A stretch of DNA of 64,000 bases from an uncultured Methanosarcinales archaeon (GTDB lineage Archaea; Nanobdellota; Nanobdellia; Woesearchaeales; GW2011-AR15). Positions 27,768-37,429 of the stretch are shown here, piece by piece (the stretch's first letter is position 1; each line of letters starts with the position of its first letter). Under the pieces are notes generated by a model. That model saw only the letters and a program-made list of their open reading frames with translations, was not told the DNA's origin and searched no databases. The stretch is taken from NCBI GenBank assembly GCA_964428335.1, contig CAYRXW010000003.1, positions 150,368 through 214,367 of the forward strand, given 5' to 3'. The translations under genes and the position numbers were made by a program.

Positions 27768-28103
27768 ATGATGCCAGGAATGAATCCAAGGGATATGGAA
27801 AAAGCCATGAAACGCTTAGGTATAAAGCAGCATGAGATCGAAGCTATAGCAGTCATAATCAGGACAAAAACTGAAGACATTATCATAAGGAATCCGTCAG
27901 TACAGAAGATTGATATGATGGGAAACAATTCTTACCAGGTTTCAGGAACTGAAGAGATAAGGAAAATCGAGCCTGAAATAAGTGAGGAAGACATAAAAAC
28001 AGTTATGGAGCAGGCAAAAGTTTCAAAAGAGAGAGCAACCAAAGCGTTAAAAGAGAGCAATGGAGAACTGGCAGCAGCCATAATTTCACTGCAAAATGCA
28101 TGA
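27768..28103 (+). CDS. nac: Nascent polypeptide-associated complex protein (alpha-NAC, NAC + UBA domains)
   Basis: MNPRDMEKAMKRLGIKQHEIEAIAVIIRTKTEDIIIRNPSVQKIDMMG ... C-terminal UBA-like EQAKVSKERATKALKESNGELAAAIISL. Confidence 0.85.
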   Translation: MMPGMNPRDMEKAMKRLGIKQHEIEAIAVIIRTKTEDIIIRNPSVQKIDMMGNNSYQVSGTEEIRKIEPEISEEDIKTVMEQAKVSKERATKALKESNGELAAAIISLQNA

Positions 28104-28497
28104 TTCAAAAAAACATATAGATCTTGCTGAAAACCTGGTTTTAAGAACCTATACATTGACAGGAAGCCCAAAAATCTTAAAAATAGCGATGAATAACCTA
28201 TACACAGGTCTTAAGTTCCTGATGAAAGAAGCCACAAAATCAGAAACAGAAGATTTTTCAGAACTGGTTGATTTATCAGAAAAGGAGTTTAAGAAAAGAG
28301 GTATAAATAAAAACTTCATAACCTATTTAAGGGACATCCACAGCTTAAAGATGCACCAAAAAGAGTCAAACATTGAATTTTCAAGAAAAGATAAGTATAT
28401 ATTTGCATCTGAATCATATGATTTGGAAGTATTAAGCGAAAAAGAAGTGAAAGATTATATACTTAAAGCAAAACTACTATTAAACCTGGTGATATAA
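28096..28497 (+). CDS. Hypothetical helical protein (paralogous to next gene)
   Basis: Shared N-terminal pattern with the downstream ORF (IDLAENLVLRTYTLTG vs IDHLIYVTLKYTRT). Confidence 0.4.
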   Translation: MHDSKKHIDLAENLVLRTYTLTGSPKILKIAMNNLYTGLKFLMKEATKSETEDFSELVDLSEKEFKKRGINKNFITYLRDIHSLKMHQKESNIEFSRKDKYIFASESYDLEVLSEKEVKDYILKAKLLLNLVI

Positions 28498-28943
28498 TGC
28501 TGGAATCGTTAGAAAACGCAAAAGAAGAGTTAAAAAGGATTGACCACTTAATCTATGTCACTTTAAAATATACAAGAACTGTTGATGTTTTAATAAGCGT
28601 AGTTGAAAGGATGATAAACTGCTATGAATTCATGATAGATGCCTTAATAAAAAAAGCAGTAAGCGAAGGAAAACTTAGCGATGAACCGGACAACCCCATT
28701 GCAAAAGGGCATGAAATTGTCAAGCTGTATCCATCAAAAGCAATCAAGGCAAATATAGAGAAATACCTGATGTTTCGAAAGCTTAGAAGGGTTGCACATG
28801 ACAAGATGAATGAGTTCAGAAGGCACGTCACTTTGACAGCAGAAGTTGACGGAAAAGAAATCAAGGTTCATATTGATAATATCACAGAAGACTTTCATGA
28901 TATAAAAAAATTCATGGAGCTTGTTGAAAAGACTGTAAAATAG
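28497..28943 (+). CDS. Hypothetical helical protein (paralogue of upstream gene)
   Basis: Stop/start overlaps the upstream gene. Similar N-terminal helix pattern. Confidence 0.4.
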   Translation: MLESLENAKEELKRIDHLIYVTLKYTRTVDVLISVVERMINCYEFMIDALIKKAVSEGKLSDEPDNPIAKGHEIVKLYPSKAIKANIEKYLMFRKLRRVAHDKMNEFRRHVTLTAEVDGKEIKVHIDNITEDFHDIKKFMELVEKTVK

Positions 28944-28950
28944 GTTTTTT

Positions 28951-29727
28951 ATGACAAAGTTCATTGTAATTGCTTCAAGTAAAGGAGGAGTAGGAAAAAC
29001 TACTACTGCCATAAATCTAGGGACTGCCCTTACTTTGTTTGGAAAAGATGTTGTTGTTGTTGACTGCAACCTGAACACGCCAAATGTTTCTTTGTATCTT
29101 GGAGCTGCTTCTGTCCCTGTGACTTTGCATGATGTATTGAATAAAAACAAGAAAATAACAGATGCAATGTATATGCACAGCCACGGCCTGAAGATAATAC
29201 CTGCAAGCAATGCTTTTAAGGACAGGCATAAGATAGATTATGAAAAGCTTTCAAGAACCCTTAAGGAACTATCAGGAAAAACAGATTATGTGATCATTGA
29301 CAGTGCTGCCGGTGTTGGAGAGGGAGCGATAACCAGCATGAAAATGGCTGATGAACTTTTGGTTGTCTCAACCCCCGAACTTCCTGCAGTTGCAGATGCG
29401 CTAAAGACAATGAAGCTTGCAAAAGAGCATGGAAAGAATGTAAGGGGAATAATACTTACAAGGGCTTATGAAGATGAACTGGAACTTAGCAGGAAAGATG
29501 TTGAAGCAATGCTTGAGACTAAAGTTATAGGGATAATACCTGAAGACGAGACAATGAGGGAAGCAGTAAAAATGAAAAACCCTGTAATGCATACTCACCC
29601 AAATTCCCCAGCATCACAGGGATATAAGAAACTTGCCTCTGAACTAATAGGGGAAAAATATGTGGAAAGCATTGAAAAAGAGGAATCAGGTATGGATACC
29701 TTCATGAAAAAACTGGGGCTGAAATGA
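28951..29727 (+). CDS. minD: MinD/ParA-family P-loop ATPase (archaeal MinD-like)
   Basis: Deviant Walker A IVIASSKGGVGKTTTAINLG. D-I-D-S-A-A-G switch region. Confidence 0.85.
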   Translation: MTKFIVIASSKGGVGKTTTAINLGTALTLFGKDVVVVDCNLNTPNVSLYLGAASVPVTLHDVLNKNKKITDAMYMHSHGLKIIPASNAFKDRHKIDYEKLSRTLKELSGKTDYVIIDSAAGVGEGAITSMKMADELLVVSTPELPAVADALKTMKLAKEHGKNVRGIILTRAYEDELELSRKDVEAMLETKVIGIIPEDETMREAVKMKNPVMHTHPNSPASQGYKKLASELIGEKYVESIEKEESGMDTFMKKLGLK

Positions 29728-30125
29728 TGGAACTTATAGAATGGGCATCTCATTATATTGACTATGCAAATTCCTTTAAAAAAGACCTTCTAAGCAAAAA
29801 AAATGAAGGGAATAAAATTGAATGCGAATACAAGGCAAAAGGAAAAGTTACTTATGTCATTGCAGAACATCTTGATGAAAATACAGTAAAAGAATCATTA
29901 AATGGAAACATTGTAATTGTGACATTAAACAAAAAAGAAAATGCAAAATATATGCTTGAAAAATGGCAGGACTACATAAAAAATAAGGCACTAAAGATTA
30001 TGTTTTCAAACCCAACATTAAACCTGCAATGGACTGTCATACCTTATCTTCACAATAATTTTACAGATCCAGCAGCCTTAAAGACAGGGATAAAAACATT
30101 ATTTGAAAGCATCCCGGAAGCCTGA
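29724..30125 (+). CDS. Hypothetical protein, translationally coupled to MinD-like ATPase
   Basis: ATGA overlap with the minD stop. No motif recognised. Confidence 0.4.
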   Translation: MMELIEWASHYIDYANSFKKDLLSKKNEGNKIECEYKAKGKVTYVIAEHLDENTVKESLNGNIVIVTLNKKENAKYMLEKWQDYIKNKALKIMFSNPTLNLQWTVIPYLHNNFTDPAALKTGIKTLFESIPEA

Positions 30126-30153
30126 AAAAATTAACTCAATCTAAAAAATTAAA

Positions 30154-31986
30154 ATGAAACTAAATCCTAAGGAAATCAAGACAGAATGGAATCTATCTGT
30201 CCTGTTTAAAAATGAAGATGACAATGATATAAAAGAAGAGAGAAAAAGGATAGAAAAATCAAGCTATGATTTCATAAAAAAATGGAAAGACAACAAGGAA
30301 TACCTAAACAATCCTTTAATCCTAAGAAAAGCGCTTGATGAATTTGAGGAACTCGAAAATAATTTTGGGAATGCAGGAAAGGAAGGATTATATTTTATGC
30401 TCAGGTCATCCATTGACCAGGACGACCCAAAACTAAAGGCAAAACTTTCAAAGCTCAATGAATTCTGGCAGAAAATAGAAAACGAGATGCAGTTCTTTGA
30501 GCATTCCATTGCAAAGATAGCAAAAGAGCAGCAGAACATATTTCTGGCTCACAAAGAGCTTGAAAAATACAGGCATTTTTTAGAGGGGCTTTTTGAGAAT
30601 GCAAAATACATGCTTAGCGAAAAAGAAGAAAAAATCCTGAACCTAAAAAACCAATCTTCATATGCGAACTGGGTTAAGATGACTTCAGGATTCCTATCAA
30701 AAGAAGAAAGAAAAGTCCTAATGGAAAATGGAAAAATACAAACAAAGAATTTTTCTGAAATAATCTCATTGATGGACAGCCATGATAAAAAAACAAGGGA
30801 TTGCGCAGCAGAAGCATTTAATGACATACTAAAAAAGCATGCAGAAGTTGCAGAAGCAGAACTTAATTCAATCCTTGAAGATAAAAAAGTAGACGATGAG
30901 CTTAGAGGCTTAAACAGGCCAGACCTATCAAGGCATATAGCAGATGATATAGAAAGCAGTGTCATAGATTCGCTTAGGGCTTCTGTCTCAAAAGGATACA
31001 GGATATCAAATAGGTATTATGAATTAAAAGCAAAGATGCTTGGGCTAAAAAAACTGAAATATCATGAAAGAAACATACCTTATGGCAAGCTTACAAAAAA
31101 GTACCCTTATGCAAAAGCTGTTGAATTAGTCTATAATACTTTTCTCAAGCTTGATACGGAATTCGCAGAAATGTTCATATCATTCTGCAAAAATGGCCAG
31201 ATAGATGTTTATCCAAAAAAAGGGAAAAACAGCGGAGCTTTCTGTGCCGGCTCAAATAAGCTGCTGCCTTCATATGTCCTTCTTAACCATGATGAAAGCC
31301 TTAATGATGTACTAACAATTGCACATGAGATGGGGCATGCAATAAACAACGAACTCATGAAAAAAAAAGTCAATGCATTGTATTATGAAACACCGCTTTC
31401 AACAGCTGAAGTCGCAAGCACATTCATGGAAGATTTTGTGCTCGAGGAGCTATTAAGGGATGCAAATCCAGAGCTAAAGCTTTCAATACTTATGATGAAA
31501 CTGAATTCAGACATCTCCTCGATTTTCAGGCAGGTAGCATGCTATAATTTTGAATTGGAGATGCATGAAAATTACAGGAAAACAGGGTACCTGTCAAAAG
31601 AAGACATAGGCAAGATATTTCAGAAGCACATGTCCTTATACATGGGGAAAAGTGTTGAACTTTCAGAAGGTTCTGAAAACTGGTGGGTATATTGGGGGCA
31701 TATAAGGAATTATTTTTATGTTTATTCCTATGCATCAGGACAGCTTATTTCAAAATCACTACAAAACAGCGTAAAAAAAGACCCTAGGTTCATATTAAAA
31801 GTAAAAGAGTTTCTGTCAATGGGAGAATCAGATTCCCCAAAAAATATATTTCAAAAACTAGGGATCGAAATAACAAAAAAAGAATTCTGGGACAAGGGAC
31901 TGGGGGAAATCGAGCAGCTTTTGGATGAGACTGAAAACCTTGCAAAAAACATCAGAAAAAACGAGAAAACTAGAATCAATAACTAA
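30154..31986 (+). CDS. pepF: Oligoendopeptidase F (M3B family zinc metallopeptidase)
   Basis: HEMGHAINNE (HExxH) at the expected position. ~610 aa with M3B-like layout. Confidence 0.8.
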   Translation: MKLNPKEIKTEWNLSVLFKNEDDNDIKEERKRIEKSSYDFIKKWKDNKEYLNNPLILRKALDEFEELENNFGNAGKEGLYFMLRSSIDQDDPKLKAKLSKLNEFWQKIENEMQFFEHSIAKIAKEQQNIFLAHKELEKYRHFLEGLFENAKYMLSEKEEKILNLKNQSSYANWVKMTSGFLSKEERKVLMENGKIQTKNFSEIISLMDSHDKKTRDCAAEAFNDILKKHAEVAEAELNSILEDKKVDDELRGLNRPDLSRHIADDIESSVIDSLRASVSKGYRISNRYYELKAKMLGLKKLKYHERNIPYGKLTKKYPYAKAVELVYNTFLKLDTEFAEMFISFCKNGQIDVYPKKGKNSGAFCAGSNKLLPSYVLLNHDESLNDVLTIAHEMGHAINNELMKKKVNALYYETPLSTAEVASTFMEDFVLEELLRDANPELKLSILMMKLNSDISSIFRQVACYNFELEMHENYRKTGYLSKEDIGKIFQKHMSLYMGKSVELSEGSENWWVYWGHIRNYFYVYSYASGQLISKSLQNSVKKDPRFILKVKEFLSMGESDSPKNIFQKLGIEITKKEFWDKGLGEIEQLLDETENLAKNIRKNEKTRINN

Positions 31987-31987
31987 T

Positions 31988-32371
31988 TCATATCTCTTTT
32001 TTTGCCAATGATTTAAAGACAGTCCTGATAAGTTTTTCATTATCAAATGGTTTAGTAATATAATCCAAAGCATTAAGCTTCCTTAGATAGCTTTTATCAA
32101 CAACCGACAAGCTTAGTGCAGTCAAAAATATCACTTTTAGTTTGCTGGTTTTTGTGGTTGATCTTATTTTTTCACAGACATCAAACCCAGACATGCCCGG
32201 CATCATAATATCAAGCATAAGCAGGTCAGGCTTTTCAGAATTCAATTTTTCTAACGCTTCTGTTCCACTGCCTGCAGTGATAACTTCAAGCTCATTTAGT
32301 TTAAGTATTGCGCTGAGAAGTTCAAGAACATTTGGCTCGTCATCTACAATCATTACTTTTTCTTTTTTCAT
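31988..32371 (-). CDS. Stand-alone response-regulator receiver domain protein (CheY-like)
   Basis: From the internal Met: MKKEKVMIVDDEPNVLELL ... DLLMLDIMMPGMSGFDVCEKIR ... KVIFLTA shows the receiver DD/D/T/K pattern. No output domain. Confidence 0.75.
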   Translation of the reverse strand: MKKEKVMIVDDEPNVLELLSAILKLNELEVITAGSGTEALEKLNSEKPDLLMLDIMMPGMSGFDVCEKIRSTTKTSKLKVIFLTALSLSVVDKSYLRKLNALDYITKPFDNEKLIRTVFKSLAKKEI

Positions 32372-32455
32372 TCTAATCCTGCATTTTTTAATATGCCTTT
32401 CTTTAAGGATATAAACCTTGCTATTAGGTATAGAATCACTTTTAATTAGCAAAAA

Positions 32456-32775
32456 AGTGTAGAGCAGCTATAAGCCACCTTTTGTACGCCTTCTCACTTT
32501 CGCAAGAACAGGCATCCTTGACATTCAACTAAGCCTCTCTAAGGAGTTGCACAAGCCAGGACTCACCGTTTCATCCGTTCCATCTACGACGTCAGGAGGT
32601 TAACTCTCTTTTGTCGCCAAAAGATTCGCATCCATCATCCCATTAATAGATGGTGGTCTCGTTTCTGAGTGGTTGCCCTCAGTTTCCCGTTAGCTGGCTT
32701 TGGCCAGTGGCTGCATTAGTGGGTGGACTTTCCTCAATGCTTACGCACCGAAAGTCAAGCACTGCCCTACAACCA
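32456..32775 (-). ncRNA. rnpB: RNase P RNA (archaeal type A-like)
   Basis: Minus strand contains GAGGAAAGUCCAC (universal CR-I GGAAAGUCC), GGAUGAAACGGUG (CR-II-like), and GGCUUAUAG near the 3' end (CR-V GGCUUA). The 5' GUAGGGCAG can pair with 3' CUGCUCUAC as P1. The region is GC-rich relative to the genome, and the two ORF-track ORFs over it are incoherent. Confidence 0.75.
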
Positions 32776-32783
32776 ACTGAGAA

Positions 32784-33104
32784 CTATCTCTTCTTATTTA
32801 ACTTTTTCTCAATCCTATCCAGCCTTTCGACTATCTCAAGGATATATGGATTGTTCCCTGAAGTCTTCCTCTGCTCTTGCTCATAGAAAAACCTGTATTC
32901 AAGATAGCCGAAAAGGAGCATTCCAAGGAGAGAAACAACAAACAAAGGCAAGATAAAATCCTTTATCTCAACATCAATGCCATATTTTTCTAAGTTTGAA
33001 AGGAATAAAAACAGGATCATCCCAGTATTTAATAGGCCAATATAGCTTGCTGTCCTTGCCATATAAACTTTTAGGTTTATTATAAAATCCCTGAATTTTT
33101 TCAT
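32784..33104 (-). CDS. Small membrane protein, hypothetical
   Basis: Two hydrophobic segments. Overlaps the next gene by ATGA. Confidence 0.4.
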   Translation of the reverse strand: MKKFRDFIINLKVYMARTASYIGLLNTGMILFLFLSNLEKYGIDVEIKDFILPLFVVSLLGMLLFGYLEYRFFYEQEQRKTSGNNPYILEIVERLDRIEKKLNKKR

Positions 33105-33361
33105 AATTCTTCCTCAAGACAAGCTATTTTTTTTGATAGTGACCTGTTTATCATGACAAAATACAGCAGGTACATGAAAGGTATAATCAGGCAGATAACA
33201 GCTAAAAAAACAGAATGCTTTCCGTTGATCAAGGCATAAAAGAAATAAAATATCTCAGAAACAAAAGATACTGCTATTGAATGCAGAAGATAAATCATCT
33301 TGTCTTTTTTATACTGGTCAATCCTGAATCTTACTTCTTCTTTTTTCATAGTTAACTTCAA
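33101..33361 (-). CDS. Small membrane protein, hypothetical
   Basis: Two TM helices. Divergent from the ArsR-like regulator. Confidence 0.4.
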   Translation of the reverse strand: MKLTMKKEEVRFRIDQYKKDKMIYLLHSIAVSFVSEIFYFFYALINGKHSVFLAVICLIIPFMYLLYFVMINRSLSKKIACLEEEL

Positions 33362-33415
33362 TCCATATTGCAGCTATCCAATTATTTAAATATATGGGTA
33401 AATATCTTTTAAGCT

Positions 33416-34015
33416 ATGGCAGATGAACCTTACCTATTAGTTAGCCTGGAAGAAGAGAAATCAAAAAAGCTTGCCCAGGTACTCAGCAATGACACTTCAA
33501 GAAAAATACTTGACTATATGTCAAAAAAGGAATATGTAACAGAGACAGAAGTAGCAAAAGAATTGAAAATACCACTTTCGACAGCGCACTATAACCTTGA
33601 TTTGCTGCTAAAAACAGACTTAATAAACGGGGATCAGTATAAATATTCAGAAAAAGGCAAAAAAATAGTCCATTACATGCTTTCAAATAAATACGTTATA
33701 ATCGCGCCAAGGAAATCAACTGCAATATTTGAAAAATTAAAGGAATTCCTGCCTGTTGTCATATTAAGCGGGATTGCAACTTATGGCGTAAATTATTTTT
33801 TCATGCCAAAACCTCCGCAACCAGAAGCTTTTGGGCTTATGATTGCTGCAGAAGAAGCAGCGCAGGATGCTGCAGGGGCATCACTTAAGGTGGCAGCAGA
33901 AGCAGTTCCTGTTGTAAATGAGCCAAACATAGCGCTTTGGTTCCTGATAGGATGCATATTTTCCGCTGTGGCATACTTATTGATATCAATCATCAGGAAG
34001 AAAAAAGACAACTGA
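33416..34015 (+). CDS. ArsR-type winged-helix transcriptional regulator with C-terminal TM anchor
   Basis: LAQVLSNDTSRKILDYMSKKEYVTETEVAKELKIPLSTAHYNLDLLLKTDLI is an HTH. C-terminal TM helix NIALWFLIGCIFSAVAYLLISII. Confidence 0.6.
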   Translation: MADEPYLLVSLEEEKSKKLAQVLSNDTSRKILDYMSKKEYVTETEVAKELKIPLSTAHYNLDLLLKTDLINGDQYKYSEKGKKIVHYMLSNKYVIIAPRKSTAIFEKLKEFLPVVILSGIATYGVNYFFMPKPPQPEAFGLMIAAEEAAQDAAGASLKVAAEAVPVVNEPNIALWFLIGCIFSAVAYLLISIIRKKKDN

Positions 34016-34073
34016 GCCTTTACTGTTTATTTTTAATAAAAATTATAAGCTGTGGCTGTTTTATCAAAATGCA

Positions 34074-35042
34074 ATGAAAGCAACAGCCATAGCAAATTCA
34101 AATATTGCTTTTGTAAAATACTGGGGAAAGAAAGATGAATCCCTCAACATTCCATTTAACCCAAGCATATCAATGACCCTTGATGAGAAAATAAGCACAA
34201 AAACAACAGTCGAATTCTCAGAAAAATATGAATCAGACATACTGATATTAAACAATGAAAAACTAAGCGACAATAAGCTTATCAGGGTATCAAATTTTCT
34301 TGACATGATAAGGAAAAAATCAGGCTGCATATATCATGCAAAGGTAATCTCAAAAAACACATTCCCGACAGGATGCGGAATCGCAAGTTCAGCATCAGGC
34401 TTTGCAGCGTTGGCAGCAGCAGCAGCAAGAGCATCAGGTCTTAATCTGAAAGATGAAGAGCTCTCAAAACTTGCAAGAATGGGCTCAGGAAGCGCAGCAA
34501 GGTCTGTTTATGGCGGGTTTGCAATATGGGACAATGAATCTGCAACACAGATAAAAGATGAAACTTTCTGGCCGGAATTAACAGATATAATCGCAATAAC
34601 AGATGACCAGCAAAAAAAAATCAGCTCAAGGGAAGCCATGAAAATAACAGTGAAGACAAGCAAAAAATATAGAGAAAGGCTACAAAAAGTTGATGAAAAA
34701 ACCTCACTCATGAAACAAAGCATACTGGCTAAAGATTTTCCCAACATGGCAAAACTTATAATGTCTGAATCAGACAACCTTCACGAATGCATGCATGATA
34801 GCGTTCCTGAAATAGAATACCTAAACGAAAACTCATACAGGATAAAAGAATTAATCAATGAAATGAATAAGGAAAAACCAATAGCCGCATATACCTTTGA
34901 TGCAGGTCCCAATGCGCATATAATAACTTTAAAAAAGCATTCTTCAAAAATAAAAAAGGAGCTTTTGAAGATATTCGGGCTAAGGCTGATTGAATCAAAA
35001 ATAGGAAAAGGGATAAGGTATACAGAGGAACACATGATATGA
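34074..35042 (+). CDS. mvd: Diphosphomevalonate decarboxylase family protein (GHMP superfamily; could be the phosphomevalonate/bisphosphomevalonate decarboxylase variant)
   Basis: AIANSNIAFVKYWGKKDE ... GCGIASSASGFAALAAAAA ... MGSGSAARSVYGGFAIWD are conserved MVD-family blocks. Confidence 0.85.
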   Translation: MKATAIANSNIAFVKYWGKKDESLNIPFNPSISMTLDEKISTKTTVEFSEKYESDILILNNEKLSDNKLIRVSNFLDMIRKKSGCIYHAKVISKNTFPTGCGIASSASGFAALAAAAARASGLNLKDEELSKLARMGSGSAARSVYGGFAIWDNESATQIKDETFWPELTDIIAITDDQQKKISSREAMKITVKTSKKYRERLQKVDEKTSLMKQSILAKDFPNMAKLIMSESDNLHECMHDSVPEIEYLNENSYRIKELINEMNKEKPIAAYTFDAGPNAHIITLKKHSSKIKKELLKIFGLRLIESKIGKGIRYTEEHMI

Positions 35043-36082
35043 AAGCGAAAGCATACGGAAAAATACTCCTTTTTGGAGCATATGGCATACTTGAGCCAGG
35101 AAACATAGGGCTTGTGCTAAATGTCAATAAAGGGACTACAACAGAGACAAAAGAGACAGAAAGCGGGAAGATAATATTTGACATGAAAAATTTCAAGATA
35201 AATGCGGAGGTCAAGCTTGACCTCCTTCACCTGTTTAAAAATCCAGGAATGATTTATGTAAAAAACGCTGTGCAATACTCATTTGAATATTTAAGGTCCA
35301 AAGACATAAAGGTAAAAGACATAAAGATAACTACAGTAAATGATGCTGAGTTCCAGATCGGAAGACATAAGACAGGGTTTGGCAGCAGTGCAACATCAAC
35401 AGTTTCAGCTGTAGCAGCAATATTAAAGCTTCATGACATTGATGACAGGGAGACAGTCTATAAGATATCAAGGTATTCCCATTATAAAAGCCAGGGTGAC
35501 TTAGGTTCAGGATTTGATGTCTTCTCTGCGTGCTTCGGCAGCCACTTTTTTACTTCGCAGGAAGAGAGGATAGAAGGATTTTTGGATTATATGAAAAATT
35601 CCAGGCTTCCTCAATCAGAGAGTTACATCTGGCCAAGCCAGTTTAGCTATATCTTGGCTTTCAGCGGAAAATCAGCAAGCACAGAAAAACTAATTAAAAA
35701 GGTAAATGCATTCAAAAAGCAAAAACCCAGTGTTTACAACGAACTGATGAAAAAATATTCAATTGCAAATAATCATGCGGCATTAGCTTTCAAAGGAGAA
35801 GACATGAAAGAAATAATCTCTTCTCTGGACTTATCTTTTGAGCTTAGGAGAAAGCTTGGAGAGTTATCAGGTGCAGATATAGAAAGCCCTAAATTAAGCA
35901 GCTTATTGAAAGAGACAAGAAATAACGGGGCATACATTTCAGGCTTAGTTGGTGCAGGAGGAGGGGATACTATCTTTTCAATCTGTGAAAACAAGGAGAA
36001 ATTAACTGAATTCCTGGATGAAAAAGGATATGCAGTCATTGATGACATTGAGATTTCTTCACAGGGATACGAATTCCAATAA
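35039..36082 (+). CDS. GHMP kinase of mevalonate pathway, phosphomevalonate kinase (ERG8-type)-like
   Basis: AYGKILLFGAYGILEP N-terminal block. GHMP motif GFGSSATSTVSAVAAI. Translationally coupled to the MVD-family gene. Confidence 0.6.
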   Translation: MKAKAYGKILLFGAYGILEPGNIGLVLNVNKGTTTETKETESGKIIFDMKNFKINAEVKLDLLHLFKNPGMIYVKNAVQYSFEYLRSKDIKVKDIKITTVNDAEFQIGRHKTGFGSSATSTVSAVAAILKLHDIDDRETVYKISRYSHYKSQGDLGSGFDVFSACFGSHFFTSQEERIEGFLDYMKNSRLPQSESYIWPSQFSYILAFSGKSASTEKLIKKVNAFKKQKPSVYNELMKKYSIANNHAALAFKGEDMKEIISSLDLSFELRRKLGELSGADIESPKLSSLLKETRNNGAYISGLVGAGGGDTIFSICENKEKLTEFLDEKGYAVIDDIEISSQGYEFQ

Positions 36083-36114
36083 TATTTTATATCCCTAAAC
36101 TTTTTCTAGATGCC

Positions 36115-37416
36115 ATGGAAGCCAAAACAGGAGATAAAATCAGGATAATAACAGATGAAGAAAGTTATGAAGGGACTCTTATGCCTTCTTTGGAAGAGAC
36201 AGGAAAGGATACAACAATCCTGAAGCTAGTGAATGGATATAACATAGGCATACAAAAAAAAAGGATAAAAAAAACAGAAATCATCGAATCATTTAAGGAA
36301 ACAAAGAAACACCTAAAAAAAAGCAGCCAGGATAAAGAGCTTCCTGTGATTTCTATTTTACATACAGGCGGGACAATAGCATCAAAAATAGATTATAGGA
36401 CAGGCGCTGTCTATAGCTCATTTGAGCCTGAAGAACTTCTAAATATGTTTCCAGAACTTTCCAAGATTGCAACTCTTAGATCAAACCTAATCTCAAAAAT
36501 GTGGTCAGATGACTTAAGGTTTGGGCATTTTAAGCTGATAGCAGAAGCAATAAAAAAAGAGATAGAGAAAGGATGTGAAGGAATCATAATAGGGATAGGG
36601 ACAGATAACATGGCAGTTGCAGCAGCAGCAATGGCTTTTATCCTTGAAGAGCTTCCTGTGCCTGTGATTTTTGTCGGCGCACAAAGAAGTTCTGACAGAG
36701 GGAGCAGCGATGCAGCGATGAACCTGATATCTGCAGCTGAATTCATAACAAAAACAGATTTTTCAGGAGTCGGAATATGCATGCATGAGAATATGGATGA
36801 TGAAACCTGTGTCATCCTTCCAGCAGTAAAAACCTATAAGCTTCATTCATCACGAAGGGATGCATTCAAGCCGGTAAATGATGTTGCTATAGCAAGAATA
36901 AATCATTCTACAAAAAAAATTGAGTTCCTCTATGAAAATTATAGCAAAAAAGACAAGACAAGAAAACTTGTCATAAAACCAAAAATGGAAGAAAAAGTAG
37001 GATTACTAAAAATTCATATCAACATGTTTCCTGAGCAGTTTGAGTTTTTTAAAGGATATAAAGGATTAATAATCGAAGGAACTGGCCTTGGGCATACTCC
37101 GGGGCAGGTGCCAAATGAAATATGTGAAATACATAAGAAAATATACCCAGCAATAAAAAAAGTTGTTGAATCAGGGTGCATTGTTGTGATGACAACCCAG
37201 ACAATATTTGGCTCTGTCAACATGCATGTCTATGATAAGGGAACTGATCTTACAGGACTTGGAGTCATACCTGGAAAAGACATGCTTGCAAATACAGCAT
37301 TAGTTAAATTGTCATGGCTTTTAGGGAACCATACAAAAGATGAAGCAAAAAAAATGATTTCTGAAAACATAAGAGGAGAAATCAACGAACGAATAACAGG
37401 GGAGATGTACCTATAA
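36115..37416 (+). CDS. gatD: Glutamyl-tRNA(Gln) amidotransferase subunit D
   Basis: GatD-specific N-terminal domain (GDKIRIITDEESYEGTLMP) plus asparaginase-like domain ISILHTGGTIASK ... GTDNMA. Confidence 0.85.
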   Translation: MEAKTGDKIRIITDEESYEGTLMPSLEETGKDTTILKLVNGYNIGIQKKRIKKTEIIESFKETKKHLKKSSQDKELPVISILHTGGTIASKIDYRTGAVYSSFEPEELLNMFPELSKIATLRSNLISKMWSDDLRFGHFKLIAEAIKKEIEKGCEGIIIGIGTDNMAVAAAAMAFILEELPVPVIFVGAQRSSDRGSSDAAMNLISAAEFITKTDFSGVGICMHENMDDETCVILPAVKTYKLHSSRRDAFKPVNDVAIARINHSTKKIEFLYENYSKKDKTRKLVIKPKMEEKVGLLKIHINMFPEQFEFFKGYKGLIIEGTGLGHTPGQVPNEICEIHKKIYPAIKKVVESGCIVVMTTQTIFGSVNMHVYDKGTDLTGLGVIPGKDMLANTALVKLSWLLGNHTKDEAKKMISENIRGEINERITGEMYL

Positions 37417-37429
37417 TTTTATTAATTCT

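Noticed and set aside
32650-32956. Two plus-strand ORFs (78 and 77 aa) in the ORF track
   Set aside because: They overlay the minus-strand RNase P RNA. Their translations are low-complexity and the region's GC richness is explained by RNA secondary structure.
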